A stretch of 64,000 bases of DNA from a bacterium BMS3Bbin08 (GCA_002897775.1 BDTR01000030.1:128070-192069), one strand, 5' to 3'; positions 9,926 through 20,996 are shown, numbered from the stretch's first letter. A program made the numbers and translations. The notes: generated by a model not told the origin, from the sequence alone.

Positions 9926-12604
9926 ATGTTCGGGATCCTGGCAAAAATAATCGGTACCAAGAACGAGAGGGAGCTCAAAAAGCTGTGGCCTGTTGTCGAG
10001 CAGATCAATTCCCTTGAGCCCTCCATGACGTCTCTTGATGATGCCGCGCTTAGGGCAAAAACAGATGATTTCCGGGGCCGGCTGCAGGGCGGTGAGAGCC
10101 TTGATGATATCCTGCCTGAGGCGTTCGCGGTTGTCAGAGAGGTTTCGCTCAGGATCCTTAACATGCGGCATTTTGATGTCCAGCTTATCGGCGGCATTAT
10201 ACTTCACAACGGCACCATAGCTGAGATGAAGACAGGTGAAGGCAAGACCCTTGCCGCTACCCTTTCAGTATACCTGAACGCTCTGGACGGCCATGGTGTT
10301 CACATTGTTACTGTAAATGATTATCTTGCCAAAAGGGACGCCCGGTGGATGGGGCCGATATACCACTTTCTCGGACTGTCGATCGGTATTATCCAGCATG
10401 ACACCTCGTTTATCTACGATACATCTTATCATTCCGATGACAAGAGGCTTCTGCATTTAAGGCCGGCTGAAAGGCAGGACGCCTACATGGCTGATATTAC
10501 GTACGGAACGAACAATGAATTCGGATTTGATTATCTCAGGGATAACATGAGGTACGACATAAAGGATTATGTCCAGAGAGAACTGAACTACGCGATCGTT
10601 GACGAAGTGGACAGCATTTTGATCGACGAGGCAAGGACACCACTTATAATCTCCGGACCTGCGGAGGAATCAACGGACAAGTACTACAAGATAGACAAGC
10701 TTGTGCCGAGATTAAAGCAAGAGACCGATTTTACGATCGATGAGAAGGCAAGGACAGTGGCGCTGACAGAAGACGGCAGTGAGAAGGCTGAAAAAATGCT
10801 GGCAGTGGGTAATCTCTATGATCCGTCCAACATTGAACTTGTGCATCATATCAATCAGGCATTAAGGGCGCACACGCTGTTTAAACGCGATGTGGATTAT
10901 ATCGTAAAGGACAACGAGGTTGTAATTGTCGATGAGTTCACAGGCCGTCTTATGCCGGGAAGGCGCTGGTCAGACGGCCTGCACCAGGCCATTGAGGCAA
11001 AGGAGGGGGTCAAGATCGCAAGCGAGAACCAGACCCTTGCCACCATCACGTTCCAGAATTATTTCAGGATGTACAACAAGCTCGCGGGCATGACCGGAAC
11101 CGCTGACACAGAGGCAGAGGAGTTCGCGAAGATATACAACCTTGACGTGTTAATTATTCCTACGAACAAACCGATGATAAGGATCGATAATTCGGATGTG
11201 ATATACAAAAATGAAAAGGCCAAGTTCAGGGCTGTTATCAAGGACATTGAAGATTGCTATAAAGGGGGACAGCCGGTTTTAGTTGGTACTATATCAATAG
11301 AAAAATCAGAACTGCTCAGTTCAATGCTGAAAAAGAAGAAGATACCCCACTCGGTCCTGAACGCGAAATACCATGAACAGGAGGCCGAGATAATCGCGCA
11401 GGCAGGCAAAAGTCAATCAGTTACGTTGGCAACGAACATGGCCGGCAGGGGAACGGATATAGTTCTTGGAGGAAATGCCGAAGGACTCGCAAAAGACATT
11501 CTTAAAAACAAGAAAGAGTACACAGAACAGGAATATGAGGACGCCCTGAACAAGGCCAGGGAGCTTTGTAAAGAAGACCGCGACAGGGTTCTGTCATCAG
11601 GCGGTCTCCACATACTGGGTACTGAAAGGCATGATGCAAGAAGAATAGATAATCAGCTCAGGGGCCGCTCCGGCCGTCAGGGGGATGCCGGCACATCAAG
11701 GTTTTATCTTTCCCTGGAAGACGACCTTATGAGGATATTCGGTTCTGAAAGGATATCCGGACTTATGGGAAGACTCGGGATGGACGAATCCCAGCCTATT
11801 GAGCATAAGTGGGTATCAAAGGCAATTGAAAATGCTCAAACAAAGGTTGAGGCTCATAATTTTGACATCAGAAAGCACCTCCTTGATTACGATGATGTCA
11901 TGAACAAGCAGAGAATAGAGATCTACTCGTTCAGGAGGGAGATACTTACCGGAGAAGGCCTGAAGGGAAAAGTCCTTGAAATGGCGATGGACGCGCTGGA
12001 TGAACTCCTGTCCATCTACTGTCCTGAAGACAGGCATGCAGAGGAATGGGACATGGATGGTCTGAAAGAGGGCCTTTTCAGGCAGTTCTCAATTGACGGG
12101 CCTGTGGAAAAAACCGGAGACATTGAAGATCTCAGGCAGAGGCTTTCAGACGACATAGAAAAGGCGTATGAAAGCAAGGAAAAAGAGGTCGGTGACGAGG
12201 CGATGAGGTACCTTGAAAAGGTTGTGATGCTGCAGGTCGTTGATTCCCAGTGGAAAGACCATCTCCTGGGCATGGACCATCTGAAGGAGGGGATCGGATT
12301 AAGGGGCTACGGCCAGAGAGATCCCCTTGTTGAATATAAAAAAGAGGCGTTTGATACCTTTTCCGATATGAGTGTGAGAATAGCTTCTGAAGTGGTGAAC
12401 AGGCTGTTCAGGATACAGATCGCAAGAGGTGAGGAGGCTCACAAGAAAATAACGCTAAGACCTGCTAAAATACGCTACAATACTGGGAGAGGGGGAGAAA
12501 AACCCCAGACCGTTGTAAAAAGCAGAAAGATAGGCAGGAATGACCCCTGCCCCTGCGGAAGCGGCAAAAAATATAAAAAATGCTGCGGTATGGTCCGGGC
12601 ATAA
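9926..12604 (+). CDS. secA: preprotein translocase ATPase SecA
   Basis: 892 aa. DEAD-like motor domains. C-terminal zinc-binding tail [14 protein letters not shown]. Confidence 0.97.
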   Translation: MFGILAKIIGTKNERELKKLWPVVEQINSLEPSMTSLDDAALRAKTDDFRGRLQGGESLDDILPEAFAVVREVSLRILNMRHFDVQLIGGIILHNGTIAEMKTGEGKTLAATLSVYLNALDGHGVHIVTVNDYLAKRDARWMGPIYHFLGLSIGIIQHDTSFIYDTSYHSDDKRLLHLRPAERQDAYMADITYGTNNEFGFDYLRDNMRYDIKDYVQRELNYAIVDEVDSILIDEARTPLIISGPAEESTDKYYKIDKLVPRLKQETDFTIDEKARTVALTEDGSEKAEKMLAVGNLYDPSNIELVHHINQALRAHTLFKRDVDYIVKDNEVVIVDEFTGRLMPGRRWSDGLHQAIEAKEGVKIASENQTLATITFQNYFRMYNKLAGMTGTADTEAEEFAKIYNLDVLIIPTNKPMIRIDNSDVIYKNEKAKFRAVIKDIEDCYKGGQPVLVGTISIEKSELLSSMLKKKKIPHSVLNAKYHEQEAEIIAQAGKSQSVTLATNMAGRGTDIVLGGNAEGLAKDILKNKKEYTEQEYEDALNKARELCKEDRDRVLSSGGLHILGTERHDARRIDNQLRGRSGRQGDAGTSRFYLSLEDDLMRIFGSERISGLMGRLGMDESQPIEHKWVSKAIENAQTKVEAHNFDIRKHLLDYDDVMNKQRIEIYSFRREILTGEGLKGKVLEMAMDALDELLSIYCPEDRHAEEWDMDGLKEGLFRQFSIDGPVEKTGDIEDLRQRLSDDIEKAYESKEKEVGDEAMRYLEKVVMLQVVDSQWKDHLLGMDHLKEGIGLRGYGQRDPLVEYKKEAFDTFSDMSVRIASEVVNRLFRIQIARGEEAHKKITLRPAKIRYNTGRGGEKPQTVVKSRKIGRNDPCPCGSGKKYKKCCGMVRA

Positions 12605-12626
12605 CCGGGTCGTATAAAGATATAGA

Positions 12627-14036
12627 ATGAACAACATCCTTGTCATAGACAAAGGCAGTTCTTCGATCCACAACTTCAGCAACATCCTCAAAAATAAAGA
12701 TTTTTCCATCACAAAAGTAAAAGGTCTTAAAGAGGCCCTGCCGTACCTTAAGAGAGATACTGTGGATCTGATCGTGATTGACAAGGCCTTTTCCTCAACC
12801 TCTGCCAGCTTCAGGAATTTCGTCAAACTTATAAGCGGAATCCCCAAGTTGATCCTTATATATGACCGGAGCTTTAGAGGCATGGGTGTATGGCTTAAGG
12901 ACAGGCTTGCAGTGCCTGTTCACGAGCCGGTCTCTTACAGGGAATTTGAGTACCACATAGAAAGACTTTTAAAAGATAAAAAAACATTAAAAGAGAATAA
13001 GACACTGGATATTGCGCTTCGGGCCAAACGAAAAGAACTCGGCTTTTTCGAAGACATCACCAGGATCCTTATCTCATCCCTGAGCATGAAGAAGATCCTG
13101 GCCATGATAATGAGAAAGACAAAGGCCATGATAGGGGCTGAGGCCTGGTCCATACTTTTGCTTGATGAAGAGGGGGAAGAGCTTTATTTTGAAAGGGTGC
13201 AGGGGAAGGAGACCAAAAAAGTTAAGAAGTTCAGGATCAAGGTAGGGGAAGGTATCGCGGGCTGGGTCGCCAAGGAAGGAGTTCCGGTAATAGTGCCTGA
13301 TGTCGGCTGTGACGCCCGTTTCTCAGGCAAGATAGATAAACTGCTCGATTTTAAGACCAGGTCCCTGATGTGCATTCCCATAAAGATCGAAGACAAGGTC
13401 ATAGGGGTGTTGGAGATCGTTAACAAGGTGACAGGAGAACCTTTTACAAAGGATGACCTGGACCTGATCCTGAAGTTCGTAAACCACGCGGCCATGGCGA
13501 TCGAACGCGCCTCTTTATATCTGAAAATGGAAGAACTGACCCTTACCGATGATGTTACGAACCTGTTTAACACCAGATATTTAAACCGTGCCATAGAAAT
13601 AGAGATAGAACGCTCCGACAGGTATGGGTCGCCTTTTACAGTAATATTTATGGATATTGATTCATTTAAGAAGGTTAATGACCAGCACGGGCATCTTGTC
13701 GGCGGGAAAGTGCTTAGAGAAATGTCGCAGCTTTTGCTTAACAGCCTGAGGACCGTTGACATAGTTGCCAGATACGGCGGGGATGAATTTGTTGTTGTTC
13801 TGCCCCAGACAACGCCAAAGGCTGGTTTTTATGTGGGTGAAAGGCTCAGGAAGGCGGTAGAACAACACGTATTCCTGAAGAACGAAGGATATCACCTTAG
13901 GATAACCGCCAGTTTTGGCGTGGCTTCTTATCCTGAGAACGCGAAGAGTAAGGAAGAACTTTTCCGCATTGCTGATGAAGCGATGTATAAAGGTAAGTTC
14001 TCAACGAAAAACATAGTATATGCCGCAGTCAAATAA
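12627..14036 (+). CDS. diguanylate cyclase with an N-terminal receiver-like domain and a GAF domain (REC-like-GAF-GGDEF)
   Basis: GAF segment (GIAGWVAKEGVPVIVPDV). Intact GGDEF active site (RYGGDEFVVVL). Confidence 0.85.
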   Translation: MNNILVIDKGSSSIHNFSNILKNKDFSITKVKGLKEALPYLKRDTVDLIVIDKAFSSTSASFRNFVKLISGIPKLILIYDRSFRGMGVWLKDRLAVPVHEPVSYREFEYHIERLLKDKKTLKENKTLDIALRAKRKELGFFEDITRILISSLSMKKILAMIMRKTKAMIGAEAWSILLLDEEGEELYFERVQGKETKKVKKFRIKVGEGIAGWVAKEGVPVIVPDVGCDARFSGKIDKLLDFKTRSLMCIPIKIEDKVIGVLEIVNKVTGEPFTKDDLDLILKFVNHAAMAIERASLYLKMEELTLTDDVTNLFNTRYLNRAIEIEIERSDRYGSPFTVIFMDIDSFKKVNDQHGHLVGGKVLREMSQLLLNSLRTVDIVARYGGDEFVVVLPQTTPKAGFYVGERLRKAVEQHVFLKNEGYHLRITASFGVASYPENAKSKEELFRIADEAMYKGKFSTKNIVYAAVK

Positions 14037-14104
14037 ATTCCCGGCATTACTTTCCTTTCTCCTGATGCGGGGGGAAAAGCGCAGGAGGGCATAATACAAA
14101 GAAT

Positions 14105-15721
14105 ATGATAAGCTGGCAGCGGAGGAATGCCCTCCGCATCCTGAACAACATTGCCGAAGGCGTATATTTTGTGGATCCGGACAGGAAAATACGGTTCTGG
14201 AACAACCGGGCTGAATCCCTGACCGGGTTTAACGCGGCTGAGATGCTGGGCAAACCGTTTGACCGCTCGAATATCGGGTATCAGGACAGCAGGGGGGACG
14301 AATTGCAGCAGTACGAGTATCCGGTGGCTCTGTGCTTTCAGGAAAAAAAGCCTGTGAGCAGGAATTTTTTTATACAGAAAAAGGACGGCGGATTAATACC
14401 TGTAGAGGAAAAAGCAGTGCCGCTGTACAAAAACAGCGATGTAGCCGGGGTGATAGCCTCGTTCAGGGATGTTTCCGGCTGTATTCAGAGGGTGGAATCC
14501 AGGCTGAGAGACGAGAGAAAAGAACGGCTTATACCCATATGCGGCTGGTGCAAGAAGATAAAGAGTGATGATAATTACTGGGAACAGCTTGAGGTCTATC
14601 TCACAAATGAGGGGTTTGGCGTGTTCACTCACGGGATGTGTCCTTCATGCGCGGACAAGATCTTCGAGAAAAAAGTGTATCTTGAAAGCTATCAGAATAT
14701 ATGCAAGTCAATAAGCGCGAGTATTTCCGTTGATGAAGTGCTGCAGTTGATCGTTACCAATGTTGTTAAGGTAATGAACGTGAAGGCCAGTCTGCTGAGG
14801 CTCCTTAACAGGGACACGCAGGAACTGGAGCTGGCGGCCTATTACGGCCTGAGCGAAAAATACGCCGATAAGGGAACCGTATCGTATGACGCGAGCATTG
14901 ACGACGCCATGGCCGGCAAATCCGTGTCAGTTTATGATATCGCGGAACATAAGGATTCAAAGTATTACAAGGAAGCTCAGGAAGAAGGCATCAGGAGTAT
15001 TCTTTCCATACCCATGCGTTTCCAGAAAGAAGTGATTGGTGTGCTGAGGATGTATACCACCGAGCCGGTCAAGTATACCGAGGAGGACCTTAACTTCATA
15101 TCCGCCATTGCCGAGCAGGGGGCAATAGCGATCGTGAACGCGAGGCGCTTTGAAAAGGCGGTATCAAGGGAGAAAGAATACCTCAGGGTCTTTGAGGAGA
15201 TCACAAAGGCAGTGAGTTCCACCCTCAACGTAAAAGAAGTGCTGGACATGATCGTAATAAAGATACCCGAGGTCATGGGTGTAAAGGCCGCTACTATACG
15301 CCTCCTGGACCATACCGGCAAAAAGCTTAAGCTCAGCGCGGCCTTTGGACTCAGCGAAAAATATCTGAACAGGGGGCCGGTTGACGCCGAAGAGAATATT
15401 ATCGAGGCCCTGAATGAAAAGCCCGTTGCCATTTATGACGTTACCACTGACAGCAGGATCAAATATCAGAAAGAAGCGGCAGAAGAAGGTATAAAAAGCC
15501 TGCTTTCCCTGCCTATAATCGCAAAGGGCAAGGTGCTCGGAGTCCTGAGGCTTCTTACCGGAAGCCCTAAGGATTTTACGAAGCAGGAAGTGGATTTTGC
15601 CGCTTCCCTGGCAGAACAGTGCGGCACCGCGATCGAAAACGCTACCATGTATGAAAAAGTCAAGAAGGATTACAATGATATCATGAGATATCTGGACGGT
15701 GCGGTGCTGGAAAAGGAGTAA
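14105..15721 (+). CDS. PAS-GAF-GAF sensor protein with an internal Cys/His-rich motif
   Basis: N-terminal PAS domain (FVDPDRKIRFWNNRAESLTGF). Motif CGWCKKIK...HGMCPSCADK. Two GAF domains. No recognisable output domain. Confidence 0.75.
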   Translation: MISWQRRNALRILNNIAEGVYFVDPDRKIRFWNNRAESLTGFNAAEMLGKPFDRSNIGYQDSRGDELQQYEYPVALCFQEKKPVSRNFFIQKKDGGLIPVEEKAVPLYKNSDVAGVIASFRDVSGCIQRVESRLRDERKERLIPICGWCKKIKSDDNYWEQLEVYLTNEGFGVFTHGMCPSCADKIFEKKVYLESYQNICKSISASISVDEVLQLIVTNVVKVMNVKASLLRLLNRDTQELELAAYYGLSEKYADKGTVSYDASIDDAMAGKSVSVYDIAEHKDSKYYKEAQEEGIRSILSIPMRFQKEVIGVLRMYTTEPVKYTEEDLNFISAIAEQGAIAIVNARRFEKAVSREKEYLRVFEEITKAVSSTLNVKEVLDMIVIKIPEVMGVKAATIRLLDHTGKKLKLSAAFGLSEKYLNRGPVDAEENIIEALNEKPVAIYDVTTDSRIKYQKEAAEEGIKSLLSLPIIAKGKVLGVLRLLTGSPKDFTKQEVDFAASLAEQCGTAIENATMYEKVKKDYNDIMRYLDGAVLEKE

Positions 15722-15792
15722 CAGGCTGAGGTTTCGGCCGCCTGCCCCGAAACTTGAATAGGACAGGATTTTATAGTATCCTATAAGATGTT

Positions 15793-16773
15793 ATGGCGCT
15801 TTTTAATTATACAGCCAAAGAGATCACCCTTAAACTGGTCTACTACGGCCCCGGCTTTTCCGGAAAAACAACGAACCTTCAGCTCCTGCATTCCATGTTG
15901 CCCGGCAAATCAAGGGGAAAGCTCATATCCCTGACCACTGAGGCCGACCGTACTCTGTTCTTTGATTTTCTGCCGGTTGATATCGGCAAGGTCAAGGAAT
16001 TCAATATAAGGTTTCAGCTCTATACTGTTCCGGGCCAGGTAAGGTACAACGCTACCAGACGCCTTGTGCTTAGAGGGGCAGACGCAGTGGTTTTTGTCGC
16101 TGATTCACAGAAAGAGATGAAAGCCCAGAATATCGAAAGCTTCAACAATATGAGAGAAAATCTGACCGTGAACAACATAGACCCTGATGATATTCCGGTC
16201 CTGCTTCAATATAACAAAAGGGACGTTCCCAATGTAATGGATATCGCGGAACTCAACAAGGACCTGAACAAGCACAACGCGCCTTTTTTCGAGGCGGTTG
16301 CCACCGAAGGTAAAGGCGTTAAGGAGATGTTTGATAAGGCAACCGAGGTCCTGATCAGGCACATAGCAAAAAAACATAAGGTTGATATAGAGGCCCCTGT
16401 TGAAGTTGTTGCTCCAGGCGCTGCCCCTGCCGCACCGGCGCCCGAGGCAGCTGCTCCGCAGTCCCGGTCTGTTCAGTCGATGAAGCCCGATGTTGCTCCT
16501 GTTGCGCCGCAGATCGAGCCTACTTCGCATACTGAGGCCCCGCCGGTCCTTCCCATGCCGCAAAAAACAATTGTACAGCAGGCCCCTGTCTCAATAGATA
16601 TATCAGAACTGGTTTCTTCGATCGGCGACCTGAGGGATGTATTGTCAGAAATAAGCGGCACGTTCAAAGAGATGCAGAAGAAACAGATCAAAATGTCAAA
16701 TGACCTTGCCGAGTTGAAGCAGATATTTTCAGAGGCCAGAAAATCAAAAGGCCTCAGAAGGCTGTTTGGGTAA
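15793..16773 (+). CDS. MglA-like Ras-family small GTPase with an Ala/Pro-rich linker and a C-terminal coiled-coil extension
   Basis: The N-terminal ~190 aa align closely with MglA (KLVYYGPGFSGKTTNLQLL...KLISLTTEADRTLFFDFLPVD...QLYTVPGQVRYNATRRLVLRGADAVVFVADSQ). MglA itself is about 195 aa; this protein is 326 aa. Confidence 0.85.
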   Translation: MALFNYTAKEITLKLVYYGPGFSGKTTNLQLLHSMLPGKSRGKLISLTTEADRTLFFDFLPVDIGKVKEFNIRFQLYTVPGQVRYNATRRLVLRGADAVVFVADSQKEMKAQNIESFNNMRENLTVNNIDPDDIPVLLQYNKRDVPNVMDIAELNKDLNKHNAPFFEAVATEGKGVKEMFDKATEVLIRHIAKKHKVDIEAPVEVVAPGAAPAAPAPEAAAPQSRSVQSMKPDVAPVAPQIEPTSHTEAPPVLPMPQKTIVQQAPVSIDISELVSSIGDLRDVLSEISGTFKEMQKKQIKMSNDLAELKQIFSEARKSKGLRRLFG

Positions 16774-16798
16774 CCGTCCAGTTACCCAAAATTTTTGA

Positions 16799-16910
16799 TT
16801 TAGTGGTTGCCCTTCGGGCCATGTACCGTTCTGGTGCACGGCGGGCAAGCACAATGTAAGGATCTATTCATCATAACATTCGCTCACTAACCACTCGCTG
16901 TGCATTCATA
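16799..16910 (+). repeat. dispersed ~110-nt intergenic repeat, copy A
   Basis: Shares conserved blocks with copies at 38005-38130 and 50286-50398: TTAGTGGTyGCCC, CGGCGGGyAAGCACAATGTA, ATTCGCTCAC and CATTCAT. Begins with a GCCC-TTCG-GGC tetraloop hairpin. Confidence 0.7.
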
Positions 16911-16991
16911 GATTTGAGAAACTCCCATAATTCCATAATAGATTGATTGTTCCTTTACAATTCTCTATTCCCGATTCACTGTTCACGGTAG

Positions 16992-18521
16992 TTAAAGCAT
17001 TTCCAGGGTCTTTATAAGCGCTTCTGCTTTTTTCAGGGTCTCGCCATATTCCTTTTTCGGATCAGAATCCGCCACGATCCCGGCCCCGGCCTGCACATAG
17101 GCAATACCGTTTTTAATGACAAAGGTCCTGATGATGATATTCATGTCCATTGAACCGGTAAGGCTGATGTAACCCAGAGAGCCGGTGTACGGCCCCCTTG
17201 TTACAGTTTCAAGTTCATCGATTATTTCCATGCACCGCACCTTGGGAACCCCTGTTATTGTGCCGCCCGGGAAGGTCGCCCTTATGGCGTCAAAGCAGTC
17301 CTTGCCCTTTGCCGCTGTGCCTTTAATATTCGATACAATATGGATGACATGGGAATAGTCCTCGGTTATCATTAGTTCATCAACTGTTACAGAGCCGTAA
17401 TCAGAGATCTTTCCCAGGTCGTTGCGCTCCAGGTCTATTAACATGAGGTGTTCCGCGCGTTCCTTTTCATTTATCAGGAGGTCTGCTCTCATCTTCCGGT
17501 CTGCTTTGGCATTTCTTCCTCTTGGCCTGGTTCCTGCGATCGGACGTGTCTCCACCGTGTTACCGCTGAATTTTACCAGGCGTTCCGGAGAAGAGCTTAC
17601 TATCTGATAATCTCCCATATCAAGATACACTGCGAACGGTGAGGGGTTTATCCTGCTCAGCGTTTTGTATATATCCCACGGACCTGTGCGGCTGATATCA
17701 GCTGATACCCTTTGAGAGAGATTTGCCTGAAAGATATCCCCTGCCTTTATATAGTCTTTTGCTCTTTTTACCATTTCGATGTAATCATTTTCACCTGTCG
17801 CATGCTGTATCCTGATCCGCTTTTCAGGTTTTCCTGAACTTTTCAGATCAGCATTGTTTTTTGAAGATATCTTTTTATAAAGGCTGTTGATCTTGTCGCA
17901 TGCGGACTCGTAATAAGTCCCGGGATCGCGGTCAACCGGTCCAAAGGAAAAGCCCGTCTCTTCCGCGGCGGAACAGGAAATAATAAAGGTTTTTTTGGAT
18001 TTATGGTCAAAGGCGGCAACAGTATCGACCAGCAGGAAATGCGCGTCAGGTATTCGGAGGTCGTCTGTTGTTGTCCTCGGGAGCCGTTCGAAATAATGGA
18101 CAAAATCATAACTGAACATGCCGACAGCCCCGCCCACAAAAGGAGGAAAGTTCCCCGGGAAACCGTTGGCTCCAGAGGTAACCCCGATCTTGTACTGGCC
18201 GAGCATTTCTTTCAATTTTTTCAGGGGCGTCCCTGAAGTCGATACTGCTGGATTCCGGGTCACGACCCTTTTCCCCCTGAATTCTGTTTCAACAGAGCCG
18301 TTCTTTACCTTAAACACCAAAAAGGGGTCTGTTCCTGCGAATGAATACCGGGCTATCTTCTCAGGGCCTTTTATGCTTTCAAACAGGAAACTGTAAGGGC
18401 CTTTGATGGATTCATAAGCCTGCCGGGGTGAAATGAAAGGCAGTTCAGCGTAAACAGGGGATATCCGCCCTTTCTTAACGTTTTCTATGAAATTTTCTCT
18501 GGAAGGAAAAATGTTAAGCAT
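16992..18521 (-). CDS. chorismate-binding enzyme, anthranilate synthase / aminodeoxychorismate synthase component I family
   Basis: 509 aa. C-terminal chorismate-binding signature (GGTITGVPKVRCMEIIDELE...RGPYTGSLGYIS). No adjacent glutamine amidotransferase subunit. Confidence 0.8.
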   Translation of the reverse strand: MLNIFPSRENFIENVKKGRISPVYAELPFISPRQAYESIKGPYSFLFESIKGPEKIARYSFAGTDPFLVFKVKNGSVETEFRGKRVVTRNPAVSTSGTPLKKLKEMLGQYKIGVTSGANGFPGNFPPFVGGAVGMFSYDFVHYFERLPRTTTDDLRIPDAHFLLVDTVAAFDHKSKKTFIISCSAAEETGFSFGPVDRDPGTYYESACDKINSLYKKISSKNNADLKSSGKPEKRIRIQHATGENDYIEMVKRAKDYIKAGDIFQANLSQRVSADISRTGPWDIYKTLSRINPSPFAVYLDMGDYQIVSSSPERLVKFSGNTVETRPIAGTRPRGRNAKADRKMRADLLINEKERAEHLMLIDLERNDLGKISDYGSVTVDELMITEDYSHVIHIVSNIKGTAAKGKDCFDAIRATFPGGTITGVPKVRCMEIIDELETVTRGPYTGSLGYISLTGSMDMNIIIRTFVIKNGIAYVQAGAGIVADSDPKKEYGETLKKAEALIKTLEML

Positions 18522-18532
18522 CAGATCAATAA

Positions 18533-18633
18533 GTAGCGAGCCCCGTTAGATTCTGCACCCACAGTTTTGCTCACACAAAACTGGACGCGGGCGCTATAAC
18601 AAGAATCTGGACAACGGGGCAGGTAGCTAGTGG
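18533..18633 (+). repeat. intergenic repeat: GTAGCGA heptads plus a GCCCCG...AGATTCT/GAATCTGG...CGGGG hairpin (second family)
   Basis: Related copies at 51382-51437 (compact), 38942-39004 (partial) and 37628-37665 (heptads only). Confidence 0.55.
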
Positions 18634-18654
18634 CCCTGTAACGCCCGCCAGGGC

Positions 18655-19377
18655 TTATCCGGCTTTTTCGATTTCTTTCAATATAAGCTCCAGCGCTTTT
18701 ATTGGGCTGGGCTGGGCTGTTACGGACCTGCCGATCACAAGATAATCAGCGCCTCTTGCGATCGCCTGTTTTGGCGTCATGGTCCTTTTCTGGTCATCCG
18801 GAGGCGCCCATGACGGCCTGATGCCCGGGGTAACGATAAGAAAGCCACTGCCGCAGCGCGACCTGATCATCTCTATATCCTGAGGCGACGCGACCACTCC
18901 GTCCAGCCCCGCGTCTAAAGCAAGCTTTGCAAGATGTTTAACCTGGGTTGCCATACGATGCTGAATGCCTATTTCATCCCTGAGGATATCCTGATCAATG
19001 CTTGTCAGGACCGTTACGCCCAGTAATTTGGGCCTCTTGATATTTTTTTTAAGTGACGCTTTGACAAGTCCCTGTGCGGCCTGCTTCATCATCTCAAGTC
19101 CGCCCATAGTGTGTACATTGAACATGAACACCCCAAGTTCCGCTGCCGCGTGAGCTGACCTTGATACTGTATTGGGGATGTCGTGGAATTTAAGGTCAAG
19201 AAAGACCTTTTTGCCCATGGCGTTTATATCCTGTATTATTTTCGGGCCGGCAGATGTGAACAGTTCAGAGCCTACCTTGAATGTATCAATATGATCTTTG
19301 AACTGTTTGACTATGTCCAGTGCCCCTTCATGACCAGAGACATCAAGGGCAAGGATGATGCGTTCTTTTGGTTCCAT
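18655..19377 (-). CDS. pyrF: orotidine 5'-phosphate decarboxylase
   Basis: 240 aa with the conserved ILALDV...KVGSELF...FLDLKFHDIPNTV motifs. Confidence 0.9.
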   Translation of the reverse strand: MEPKERIILALDVSGHEGALDIVKQFKDHIDTFKVGSELFTSAGPKIIQDINAMGKKVFLDLKFHDIPNTVSRSAHAAAELGVFMFNVHTMGGLEMMKQAAQGLVKASLKKNIKRPKLLGVTVLTSIDQDILRDEIGIQHRMATQVKHLAKLALDAGLDGVVASPQDIEMIRSRCGSGFLIVTPGIRPSWAPPDDQKRTMTPKQAIARGADYLVIGRSVTAQPSPIKALELILKEIEKAG

Positions 19378-19382
19378 GGTTT

Positions 19383-19937
19383 TTAATTGTCAATTTTAGG
19401 CAGTGTTATATCCTTTTGTGCCTGGTATTTGCCTTTTTTGTCCGCGTAGGAACGTATGCACAGTTCATCAGCGCCCAGAAATATGATCTGCGCTATTCCT
19501 TCGTTTGCGTAGAGTTTGACGGGCCGCGGAGAGGTGTTTGAGATCTCTATTGTTACATGGCCTTCCCATTCAGGTTCAAGCGGGGTTACATTGACCACTA
19601 CACCGCATCTGGCATATGTAGATTTTCCCAGGCAGATCACGATCACGTCCCTTGGAAGCTTGAAATATTCCACTGATGCGGCAAGCACAAACGAGTTGGC
19701 GGGTATTACGCAGACATCACCTTTGAAGTCAGTAAAACTCTTGGGATCAAACCCCTTGGGATCAACAACCTCACTGCCTGAGTTGCTGAATATCTTGAAC
19801 CTGTCGGATATCCTCATGTCGTATCCGTAGGAACTGACGCCGTAAGAGATGGCCCCTTCCCTTACCTGGTTTTCAGCAAAGGGTGTGATCATCCCTTTTT
19901 CAGCCATTTCCTTTATCCAGCGGTCGTTTTTTACCAT
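19383..19937 (-). CDS. dcd: dCTP deaminase
   Basis: 184 aa with the typical Dcd/dUTPase-fold sequence. Confidence 0.88.
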   Translation of the reverse strand: MVKNDRWIKEMAEKGMITPFAENQVREGAISYGVSSYGYDMRISDRFKIFSNSGSEVVDPKGFDPKSFTDFKGDVCVIPANSFVLAASVEYFKLPRDVIVICLGKSTYARCGVVVNVTPLEPEWEGHVTIEISNTSPRPVKLYANEGIAQIIFLGADELCIRSYADKKGKYQAQKDITLPKIDN

Positions 19938-20100
19938 AATTTTCTCTTGTTAATTAAGATAAAAGTGCGGTCTTTGAAAGGTTAACATAAAGGTTTATTC
20001 CTTTACAACAACATGCCTGCCCCCCCTGTCTGAATTTGATAGCTTCTTTCCGGTCTAACTAAACAGAGGTTTAAAGGGCGCAAAAAGGTCGCAGAAACGA

Positions 20101-20142
20101 TGAAATTTTACGCGCATAGTCTTGAAGGAAAGCCGCATTGAG
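20101..20142 (+). pseudogene. relic of the cas3 5' end (first ~13 codons)
   Basis: ATGAAATTTTACGCGCATAGTCTTGAAGGAAAGCCGCATTGA translates to MKFYAHSLEGKPH*. It is nearly identical to the start of cas3 at 22315 (MTEYYAHSLEGRPP). Confidence 0.75.
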
Positions 20143-20345
20143 ACAGAATTTACAAAATGCTTGAATATTCTTATCTATAGTGGCAGAATTAGAATTAATT
20201 ATGGCATATTATTTTAAACAGGCAGAGAGGTTGATCTATGATGCCTGAGAATGAGCCTGTCATGGCCATATCTGCAGCATAGTGAGTGCTTTCGAAAGGT
20301 GCGCGCCGGATCGACTGGGAACATTGGGATTAAAGGGGGACGGAA

Positions 20346-20662
20346 TGACGGGTAAAGCATATATTGAAATACCGGAAGAAAAAATAGCCCGGTTCTGCGG
20401 GAAATGGAAGATACGTGAATTCGCGCTCTTCGGTTCTGTCCTGAGGGATGATTTCAGACCTGACAGCGACATTGACGCGCTGGTTACTTTTGATGAGGAT
20501 GCTCAACACTCCCTGTTTGACCTTGTTAATATGGAAGATGAACTCAGGGAGATTTTTGGGCGCAATGTGGACCTGGTAAGCCGCAAAGGCATTGAAGCAA
20601 GCAGAAATTATATACGAAGAAACGCAATATTGAACTCCGCAGAGGCGGTATATGCAGCGTGA
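20346..20662 (+). CDS. nucleotidyltransferase (MNT/MntA-type antitoxin)
   Basis: Polymerase beta-type nucleotidyltransferase motif GS...D.D (FALFGSVLRDDFRPDSDIDALVTF). Overlaps the downstream DUF86 gene. Shine-Dalgarno-like AAGGGGGA lies upstream of the ATG at 20346. Confidence 0.8.
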
Positions 20663-20996
20663 CCGTGAGTTTTTCCTCGACATATTGGAGGCGGCAAAAC
20701 TCGCTGTCTCTTATGTCGGTGAAAAGTCTAAGGAAGATTTTTTAAAAGACCCTCAGTGTCAGGACGCTGTTATCAGACGGCTTGAGATAATAGGTGAAGC
20801 ATCCCGACGGATTTCTGCGGAGACACAGGCGGATTTTCCTGATTTGCCGTGGGGTGAAATGATCGGAATGCGGAATGTGATGATCCATAAGTATGACGAC
20901 GTGGACCCCGGTATAGTCTGGAAGACAGTAAAAAGTAACCTCCCAAAACTTATTACATCATTTAAAACGATACTCGAAGCGCCTGATAAAGAGTAA
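20652..20996 (+). CDS. HepT-like (DUF86, HEPN superfamily) toxin
   Basis: 114 aa with the DUF86 layout (RLEIIGEASRRIS...MRNVMIHKYDDVD). Overlaps the upstream MNT gene by 11 nt. Confidence 0.8.
   Translation: MQRDREFFLDILEAAKLAVSYVGEKSKEDFLKDPQCQDAVIRRLEIIGEASRRISAETQADFPDLPWGEMIGMRNVMIHKYDDVDPGIVWKTVKSNLPKLITSFKTILEAPDKE

Noticed and set aside
12455-12883. 142-aa minus-strand ORF spanning the secA stop and the GGDEF gene start
   Set aside because: It overlaps two well-supported plus-strand genes and has low-complexity composition.
16105-16563. 152-aa minus-strand ORF inside the MglA-like gene
   Set aside because: It is antisense to a gene with strong homology support. It is GC-rich and Arg-rich, typical of spurious ORFs.
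20013-20060. CCTGTCTG...CCGGTCTAACTAAAC upstream of the first cas3 relic, as another copy of the repeat-targeting element
   Set aside because: Only two short blocks are shared with the 36-bp element. The evidence is too weak without a genome-wide comparison.
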